The notes beneath the pieces were generated by a model. That model did no database searches, had not been told where the DNA came from, and was given only the letters and a program-made list of their open reading frames with translations. This document shows positions 45,254-53,400 of a DNA stretch of 64,000 bases, piece by piece. The translations under genes and the position numbers were made by a program. The DNA is from an uncultured delta proteobacterium (GTDB taxonomy: Bacteria; Myxococcota_A; Polyangia; Polyangiales; JAFGIB01), in contig CAVZVA010000009.1 in NCBI GenBank assembly GCA_963778655.1, forward strand, positions 906,235 to 970,234. The letters run 5' to 3'. Numbering within the stretch: position 1 is the stretch's first letter; each line of letters starts with the position of its first letter.

Positions 45254-48200
45254 CTACTCGGCCGCGCTTTCGCCCTCTTCGGCGATCCGCTCGTCGTGCT
45301 CGGCCGCGGGCTCGCCGTGCACGGCCACGCCGCTCTCCGCCCTGCGCGCGAACCCACTGCGCCCAGGCACGTGGATGCGCACTCGGCTGATCAGCGGGTG
45401 CGAGGAAGGGCGCTCGATCACGGCGGGCTCGGCGCGCTCGAGCTTGCGCTTCGGGAAGTCCAGCCAGTGGCGCTCGCGTTGGAAGGGATAGCTCGGCAGC
45501 GTGAGCTTGGCGCGCGGGTAGGGCGCGTCGAACGCGCGCCAGTCGATCTCGGCGCCGCGCGCGTAGAGCTGAGCTAGCGTGCCGAGCAGCGCGGCCCAGT
45601 CGTCGCCGCTTGCGCAGAGGGAGGGCAGGGCGAGCTCTGCAGGCCCCGGATCCGCGGCCGCCGCGGGGCCGAGCTCGAGGCAAATGTCCGCGTGCTCGCC
45701 GATCAGCGCCGGCACGCCGCCGGCTGCGGTGGGCTCGTGGTAGAGCTGGCGCGCCCAGTGCTCGGTGTTCGGCAGCTCGCCCGGCGCGAGCCAACCCCCG
45801 CGCCACGCGCTGGCCAGCGGGAGCTCGGGCGCTGCGTACTGAGCGGCGTCCAATGCGACGCGCAGCCCATGTACGGTCAGGCGCTGCGTGGCGCCCGGCG
45901 CCAGCCCTTCGAGCACGACCCCGCGGCGGGTCGCGAGCACCAGCGCCTGCTCCCACGACATCGCGCCTGCGGCGGCAGCGGCCGCGTATTCGCCCGCGCC
46001 CGAGCCGTAGACCGCGCTCGGCTCGAGCCCCCAGCTGCGCCACAGCGCGTGCAGCGCGTAGTGCAGCGCCAGAAGCGCGGCGTGGCCGTAGCTCGGACGG
46101 CAGAGCAACGCCGCGCGCTCGCTCTGGGGCGCGTGGTAGAGCGCGTCGAGCAGCGGGTGTTCCAGCTCCTGGGCAAGCACACGGTTGCAGTGCTCCAGGC
46201 TCTGGCGCAGCCGAGGGTGGGCCTGCCACAGCGCCAGGGCGGCACCGGGCGACACCACGCGCTGTGGAAAAGCGAACGCGACGCGCAGGCGCGCGCCCGG
46301 CTTGAGCACGCCGGCGTGCACGCCCGGGGCAGGCGCGCCGCCGGCGAAACGCTGCAGCGCTTCGCGCGCGTCGGCGGCATCGGCCGCGCTCACCCCCAGG
46401 CGGTGCGCGAAGTGGCTGCGGCCCACGCCCGCGGTGAAGCAGTAGTCTGCGAATAGCTCGGGCGGCGCGTGGGCCAGCGCGTGCCGCGTGCGCGCCGCGA
46501 GCTGGGACAGGGCTGCGGGCGTGCGCGCCGACAACACCAGCAAGTGGCGCGGCCGCTCGTGGTCGCAAGGGTGCACGCGCGCCGCGGGCGCCTCGCGCAG
46601 CACCACGTGTGCGTTGGTGCCGCCGAAGCCGAACGCGCTCAGCCCGGCGAAGCGCGGGCGCTCGCCGCGCCGCCAGGGCACGGCCAGAGTGGGGATCTCG
46701 AGCGGCAGCGCGTCGATGCCGATGTCGGGGTGCACGTCCCGCAGGTGCAAGTGAGGCGGGATCTCGGCGTGGTGCAGCGCCAGGGCGACCTTGATCAACG
46801 CGACCATACCGGAGGCGGCTTCGAGATGCCCGACGTTGGTCTTGGCCGAGCCCACCAGCAGCGGACGGCCCGGCGGGCGCCCCGCCATCACCTCGCCGAG
46901 CGCGCGCAGCTCGACCGCGTCGGCCACCGGGGTGCCCACGCCGTGACACTCGACGTAGTCGATCTCGTCCGCGCTGACCTCGGCCGAGCGGAGCGCCTGC
47001 TGCAGCAGCGCCTGCTGCGAGCGGCCGTTCGGCGCCAGCAGGCCGTTGCTGCGGCCGTCGTGGTTGACCGCGCCCCCCGCGAGCAGCGCGTAGACGCGGT
47101 CGCCGTCCGCCAGCGCGGCCGACAGCGGCTTGAGCACCACCACTCCGGCGCCCTCGCTGCGCACGAATCCATCCGCCCGGCTGTCGAAGCTCTTGCAGCG
47201 GCCGTCGCGGGATAGGGCGCGCGCGTGCGAGAAGTACACGCTCGCCTCCGGCGCGAGCACCACGTTGACGCCGCCCACGATGGCAAGCTCGCAGTCTAGC
47301 TCGCGCAGGCTGCGGCAGGCGTGCTGCAGCGCGACCAGCGAGGACGAGCAGGCGCTGTCGACGGTCTCGCTCGGACCCTTGAGGTCGAGGAAGTACGAGA
47401 GCCGGTTGGCGACGATGCTGGGCGCGTTGCCGGTGCCGTAGTCGGCGTCGATCATCTGCAGGTCGCCGCCATACAGCAGGCTGTACTCGCTGCCGCACAC
47501 GCCCGCGAACACACCGGTGGCGCTGCCCGCGAGCGCGGTGGGCGCCTGGCCCGCGTCCTCGAGCGCCTCCCACGCGACCTCCAGGAACATGCGCTGCTGC
47601 GGATCCAGGCGCGCCGCCTCGTGCGTGGAGATGCCGAAGAAGGCGGCGTCGAACGCATCCACTCCCTCGACGAAGCCGCCCCACTTGCTGCACATCTTGC
47701 CGCGGGCGCCGGGCTCGGGATCGTAGAGCGCGTCCGCGTCCCAACGCTCCGGCGGCACCTCGCTGATCGCATCGACCCCGTTGCGCAGCAGCTGCCAGAA
47801 GCCCTTGAGGTTGGGTGCGCCGGGGAAGCGACAGGCCATGCCCACGATCGCGATCGGCTCCTGTGCCCGCGCGCGCGCCCGCTGGCGCGGCGCGCGCACG
47901 GCCGGCGCGGAGGGCCGCGTGGCGGCGTCGCCGCCCGACAGAGCGCGCGCGAGATCGGCGATGGTCGGGTTGTCGTACGAGATGGTCGCGGGCAGCTGCG
48001 TGCCGAGCCACTGCTGCAGCTCCTCGGTCAGCTCGGCGGCGAGCAGCGAGTCCACGCCGTAGCGCGCGAGCGGCTCGCGCGGGTCGATCTCGCCGGCGTC
48101 GCGCTCGAGCTTCTCGGCCAGGCGCTCGCGCAGCCACTGGACGATGCGCTGCTCGCGCTGAAGCGCGGTCGGCCGGGTGAGCGTGCGAAACGGGGGCGCA

Positions 48201-50071
48201 TCGTCGCCGCCTTGGCTCTGTTCGACGGTTCGAGGCGGCGGTGCGTCGGCGCTGCGCTGCGGCCGTTCGCTCCAGCGAGGCGACGGCAGAGAGCCCGCTG
48301 AAGGCGCGGAGCTCTGGTCGCGCCCCCGGTCGGCACCCGCGAGCTGCCACGACGCCACCACCTGCAGGTCGCCGGCGAGGTAGGCCTGCCTGGTCGCGCG
48401 CCGCTGCACCTTGCCGCTCGAGGTTTTCAGCATGCTGCCGCGCTTGATCAGCACCAGTGCGGCCGGCGCCAGGTCGTGCGCCTCGCGGATCGCCTGCGCC
48501 GCGCCCCGCAGCAGCGCGTCCTGATCGGCGCCCAGCCGCTTGTCGAGCTCCTGCACCACCACCAGCTGCTCGCCCAGCTCGCCGTCGACGGAGAACGCCG
48601 CGCCGGCGTCCGCCACCAACGCCGCGTGCATGTCCTGCACCGTGCGCTCGATGTCCTGGGGGTAGTGGTTGCGCCCGCGCACGATGATCAGGTCCTTGAG
48701 CCGGCCAGTGATGAACAGCTCGCCCTCGTCGAAGAACCCGAGGTCGCCGGTGCGCAGAAAAGGCCCCTCGTGCGTATCCGCGGTGTGCGCGCGAAAGGTC
48801 CGCTCCGTCTCCTCGGGTCGATTCCAATACCCGAGCGCCACGGACCGGCTCTGCACCCAGATCTCCCCGACCCGCCCTTCCGGCAGCGTGCACAGCGTGT
48901 ACGGGTCGACGATCAAAATGCGCTCGTCGAGCAACGCATGCCCGCACCCGACCAGCGTGCGGGTCCGTGGCGCGGATTCGGACGGGCCGGCGACGCGCGC
49001 CGCGTGCCCCTGCTCCAGCTCGCCGGCATCATATGCGCGCACCAGAGGAGGCGACGCCGGATCGCCGCCCGAGATCATCAGGGTCGCTTCCGCCATGCCA
49101 TAGCAGGGGTACATGGCTTCGCGCCGCAGCCCGTGCGCGGCGAAGGCATGCGCGAAGCTCGCGATGGTCGAGGGTTTGATCGGCTCGGCGCCATTGCAGA
49201 CCACGCGCACCGAGGTGAGGTCGAGACCGACGCGGTCCCTGGCATCGATGCGGCGTAGGCACAGGTCGAAGGCGAAATTGGGAGCCATCAAGACGCTGGC
49301 CCGGTGGTGTTGGGCAGCGACAAGCCAGCGCTTGGGGCGGCGCACGAACGCCTGGGACGGCATCAACACGGCTCTGCCACCGACGTACAGCGCTTGGAAG
49401 ATGCCGCCCATCAGCCCCATGTCGTGGAACGGTGGCAACCAGCTGAGAAAGACGTCGTCCGCGGTCGTGGTGCTGCCGGCCCGGATGATCTCCTGGCCAG
49501 CGAGCAGCTGAGCGTTCGTCAGCAGCACACCCTTGGGCTCGGAGGTGGATCCCGACGTGTACTGGAGAATGGCGGGCCGCTCCGGCGCGGCGCCCACCAC
49601 GACGCCGCCCAAGGCGTCGCCCTGGACCGCGCTGGAGACGTCGACCAACGCGATCTCGCCGAGCGGGCGCTCCGCGTCTGCCGCCCAGCGCGCGCGCAAC
49701 TCACCGGTAGTCAGCGCGCTCTGCGCGCCCGAGTCCTGCGCGATCGCCCGAATCCGTTGCCAAGCCCGAGCCACGCCGCCTTTCCCCGGTGGGTATGCAG
49801 GCACCGCGATCGCGCCGGCGTACAGGCAGCCGAGCAGGGCGACGACGTAATCGAGGCCCTCCGGGCAGAGCACTAGCACGGCGCGGCCTTCTGCACCCAG
49901 CGAGATCAGGGCGGCACCTGCGGCCCGCGCACGCCGGTCCAGCGAGGCGTAGGTCAGCTCGACCGCCGCCGTAGCGGCTGAGTCGAGAAACGTATACGCC
50001 ACGCGATTGGGGTGCTGGCCGCTGTGCCGCTGCAATACGTCCAGCAGGGATTCATCAACAGCGACAGCCAT
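45254..50071 (-). CDS. hybrid loading/PKS module: fatty acyl-AMP ligase (FAAL) - ACP - KS - acyltransferase-like domain lacking the catalytic Ser
   Basis: FAAL motifs: ILQYTSGSTSEPKGVLLT, WLPPFHDMGL and LRTGDLGF. ACP: ARYGVDSLLAAELTEEL. KS: IAIVGMACRFPGA, DSACSSSLVAL (Cys codon 47348-47350), ECHGVGTPVADAVE and NVGHLEAASG. The AT-like region reads ...HAALLALHYALHALWRSWGLEPSAVYGSGAGEYAAAAAAG, with GSGAGE (45989-46006) where GHSxGE is expected. No carrier domain follows the AT-like region. Confidence 0.88.
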   Translation of the reverse strand: MAVAVDESLLDVLQRHSGQHPNRVAYTFLDSAATAAVELTYASLDRRARAAGAALISLGAEGRAVLVLCPEGLDYVVALLGCLYAGAIAVPAYPPGKGGVARAWQRIRAIAQDSGAQSALTTGELRARWAADAERPLGEIALVDVSSAVQGDALGGVVVGAAPERPAILQYTSGSTSEPKGVLLTNAQLLAGQEIIRAGSTTTADDVFLSWLPPFHDMGLMGGIFQALYVGGRAVLMPSQAFVRRPKRWLVAAQHHRASVLMAPNFAFDLCLRRIDARDRVGLDLTSVRVVCNGAEPIKPSTIASFAHAFAAHGLRREAMYPCYGMAEATLMISGGDPASPPLVRAYDAGELEQGHAARVAGPSESAPRTRTLVGCGHALLDERILIVDPYTLCTLPEGRVGEIWVQSRSVALGYWNRPEETERTFRAHTADTHEGPFLRTGDLGFFDEGELFITGRLKDLIIVRGRNHYPQDIERTVQDMHAALVADAGAAFSVDGELGEQLVVVQELDKRLGADQDALLRGAAQAIREAHDLAPAALVLIKRGSMLKTSSGKVQRRATRQAYLAGDLQVVASWQLAGADRGRDQSSAPSAGSLPSPRWSERPQRSADAPPPRTVEQSQGGDDAPPFRTLTRPTALQREQRIVQWLRERLAEKLERDAGEIDPREPLARYGVDSLLAAELTEELQQWLGTQLPATISYDNPTIADLARALSGGDAATRPSAPAVRAPRQRARARAQEPIAIVGMACRFPGAPNLKGFWQLLRNGVDAISEVPPERWDADALYDPEPGARGKMCSKWGGFVEGVDAFDAAFFGISTHEAARLDPQQRMFLEVAWEALEDAGQAPTALAGSATGVFAGVCGSEYSLLYGGDLQMIDADYGTGNAPSIVANRLSYFLDLKGPSETVDSACSSSLVALQHACRSLRELDCELAIVGGVNVVLAPEASVYFSHARALSRDGRCKSFDSRADGFVRSEGAGVVVLKPLSAALADGDRVYALLAGGAVNHDGRSNGLLAPNGRSQQALLQQALRSAEVSADEIDYVECHGVGTPVADAVELRALGEVMAGRPPGRPLLVGSAKTNVGHLEAASGMVALIKVALALHHAEIPPHLHLRDVHPDIGIDALPLEIPTLAVPWRRGERPRFAGLSAFGFGGTNAHVVLREAPAARVHPCDHERPRHLLVLSARTPAALSQLAARTRHALAHAPPELFADYCFTAGVGRSHFAHRLGVSAADAADAREALQRFAGGAPAPGVHAGVLKPGARLRVAFAFPQRVVSPGAALALWQAHPRLRQSLEHCNRVLAQELEHPLLDALYHAPQSERAALLCRPSYGHAALLALHYALHALWRSWGLEPSAVYGSGAGEYAAAAAAGAMSWEQALVLATRRGVVLEGLAPGATQRLTVHGLRVALDAAQYAAPELPLASAWRGGWLAPGELPNTEHWARQLYHEPTAAGGVPALIGEHADICLELGPAAAADPGPAELALPSLCASGDDWAALLGTLAQLYARGAEIDWRAFDAPYPRAKLTLPSYPFQRERHWLDFPKRKLERAEPAVIERPSSHPLISRVRIHVPGRSGFARRAESGVAVHGEPAAEHDERIAEEGESAAE

Positions 50072-50465
50072 AGACGCAGCCCGGCGAAGAAGCGCAGCCT
50101 AGCCTATCCGAAAGCTTGTTCGGAAAATGTTTCGATTTCGATTCTGGCTCGATGCTGACGGCGATCAGCCCCAGGTTGCAGACTAATTGCGTCGGCTCCG
50201 GAGCGCGTGAGCTCCGGCCGCCGCCCACTGACAGCGCCGAGTATCGGATCACAAGGGCCAGTTGGGACTCGAACATGTGTATAGCGAGGAGCTGAACGCG
50301 CGTGCGGGCTTCCGACTCTTGGCTAAAGAAGTTACGGGATTGGAGTGCCAAGCCCGGAGTCAAAGAGAGAGCTGGCAGCACCCCGGTGCGCGGGGAGTTG
50401 CGTACTCCATGACCGACCCGCGGCGGTTGTCCGTTGCGGGTCAGCGGCTACGTTGACCTAAGAAT

Positions 50466-53400
50466 ATGTCCGAGGATCGAGACCGACCTGCAGGCGCGCC
50501 GCCCCCGCGCAAACACCGGCACGACGCGGACGCGCCGTCGTTCATAGAGCTGGAGTGCGACGTAGCCCGCGCTGCCCTCGCCCTTCCCTCCGATGCACAC
50601 GGGCTGCTGGCGCTCGCAATCGCGCTCGATGCCGTGGCGGCCGGGGTGGCCGAAGTGCTCGGTATGCCCAAGGACTTGGCTTGCATCGACGTGGCGCCAG
50701 CTCTGTTCGAGCCGGGTGTGGTGACATTGAATGTCGGCGTCGACGTTCTCGAGTCCACCTTTCTCGTCAAGGCGAGTCGCGCTGGCGCGGGAGGGGAGCA
50801 ACTCACGATCGCCGCAATGGGCCGGCTCGAGGATCCTCGCGCCGCAGGCATCCCGCGCTTATCCATGATCCTGTCCCGCACCGGCGGGACGGTCGCGATC
50901 GAGCTCGACGCCGTCAGCAACGAGGGCCCCGGCGCCGAGCTCATCGCGCTGGAGCGAGCGTTGAGGCTCGCCGGAGAAGCCGCCGGATCCACGACGCGCC
51001 CGTGGGCACGGCCCGCGCACATCGCGCGGTTTTCGCAGGCGCCCAACCGGGCCGCGGTGGTCAGCATCCGCGCCGTGGCCGTCGAGCCCAACATGGCGTG
51101 GGTCACGTTGTTGGACGCGGAAGGAGCGCCGGCCGCTACCCTCGAAGGAGTCGACTTTGGCGATTCAGCAAGCGGGCGACAGGCCCTGCCGGCCCTGGTG
51201 ATGGAAGTCGCGCGCGCGACGCTCGGTGAGGCATTCGGCCCGAACGACAATTTGGTGCGCGCGGGCCTGGGGTCATTGGACATCCTGCGTCTGCTCGACG
51301 CGATCGAACACGCCTTCCACAGGCGCATCGGTCGTAACGCGTTCCTGCGTGACCCCACGCTCGCCGGTCTCGCGGCGTTGTGCGAGCTGGAAGCCTGCGC
51401 CGATCCCGCGTTCGACGCGCGGCTTTCCGAGGGGGAGCCGCGTCCGGCCCGCGCTGTCCCACTCACCACGGCCGAACGCCATCTGTGGCTGTTGGAGCAG
51501 AGCGGCACCCTCGCTGGAACCTACAACGAGCTGATCGTCTTTCGACTCGACGGCCGTCTCGACCGCGATGCTCTTTCAGCCGCGATGGCACAGGTCGTCC
51601 ACCGGCACCCTGGACTTCGCTCCGGGTTCCACGCGGAGGGCGCAGAGTTGCTGCGCAACGCGCTCATCCGGGCGATTCCCGACAGCCGGTTCCATGACTT
51701 CGCCTCGCTCGACCCGGAGGCCGCGCAACGCGCGGCGACCTCAGCCATCGCGGCCCACGCGTGTGAGCCGTTCGACCTGCACCGCGGTCCCCTGCTGCGC
51801 TGGATCAGCGTCAGGATGCCTGACGCCACGGATCTGCTCGCGCTGGTCGCTCATCATCTGGTGATCGACGAGTGGTCTCTCGGGAGGGTGCTGCTACCCG
51901 AGCTGTGCGACTTCTATCGTTTGCCCGCCGACGTACGACCGGAGCCCTCGCCAGCGCCGGCGAGCCTGCCCGACCGGGCGGCGCGCGAGGAAGCGTCCCG
52001 GACCGGATCGGCCTACGCGGCCTCGCTGGCTTGGTGGACGCGGTACCTGGACCAGGCGGTACAGCCTCTGCAGCTGTCGGCGGCTGCAGCGGCCGATGAG
52101 GGCGCCGGCTACGACGGGCACGTGGAGACATTTCCTCTGGACCCAGCTGCCATACAGCGGCTCGGTGCGCTTGCGAGGTCGGCGGGCGCAACACCGGCAT
52201 CCGGCGTCATGGCTGCATTGCAGCTCGTGCTCAATCGGCTGTGCGAGGAGGAGGTCTTCTGCATCGGCGTCTTCTGCGCCGGGCGAGATCTCGTCGCCGA
52301 CGCCGGCGAGGTGGGGTATTACGCCAACCTACTTCCCGTCCGCGCTGATCTGAGGGGCGAGCCGAGCGTCGCGGAGCTCATCGCGCGCGTGCACGAGAAT
52401 ATGAGCGGCGTGCTCGCCCATTCGAGGGTGCCCTTTGCCGAGATTGCGCAAGCGGCGCGCCGCGCTGGTGGGTCGTCTTCTGCCGCGGGGCTGGTGCAGG
52501 TGGTCTTCGCCCAGGACGATCTCCCCGACCGGTTGGAGCTAGGCTCTCTGCGGGCGACGCGAATCGGCCTGGACAAGGGGCGTGCCAAGTTCGAGCTCAC
52601 CGTCACCACGCGGCTCGGCGGTGCCGCCCGGGCGCCGACCATGACGTGGGAATACCGCACCGGCATCCTCGACGGCGACAGCGTACGGAGGCTCGCCCAG
52701 TTGCTGGGGGCCTCCATCGATTGGATGTCCAAGAACCCGGAAAGCTCGATCTCGAACGTCGAGCTGCTCAGCTCCCGACAAGCCTCGGCCGTGATCGCGC
52801 GCGGTTCGGGACCGCAGAGCGCCCTTCCGCTCAAGCGTGTGTCGCAGATGATTGTCGAACAGGCAGCCTGCACCCCCGACGAGATTGCGGCCGTCTCGCA
52901 CGCGAAGAGCCTTTCGTACCGAGACATTGAGAGGGGCAGTCGGGCGCTTGCGGCTGCTGTCCATCGAGCCGGCGTGCGGCCGGGCAGCTTCGTGGGCGTT
53001 GCGTTGGAGCGTGGGGTCGAGCTGCCGATGGCGCTTCTCGCCGTCCTGCGCGCGGGTTGTGCCTATGTTCCACTCGACCTGGACCAACCGCCCGATCGTT
53101 TGCGGTGGATCGTTCGGGATGCAGGCGTCAGCGCCGTGCTTTCGTCTGGTGGCAGCGCGCGGCGGACGCTCTCGGAGCTGATCCACGTGGATGTCCCCGC
53201 CGGCGTTGTCGAGGAAGAGTTGCTTCCTCTCGACGAGGGGCAACTCTCGATCGAGGACGTTGCGTATGCGATCTACACCTCGGGTTCCACCGGACAACCA
53301 AAGGGGGTGCTGGTCAGACACGCGGGAGTTTCGAACGTGTTTCACGGTGTCGCGGAGCGCTTGGGGCGGCACGAGTCCAGCGTTTGGCTCGCGGTCACGA

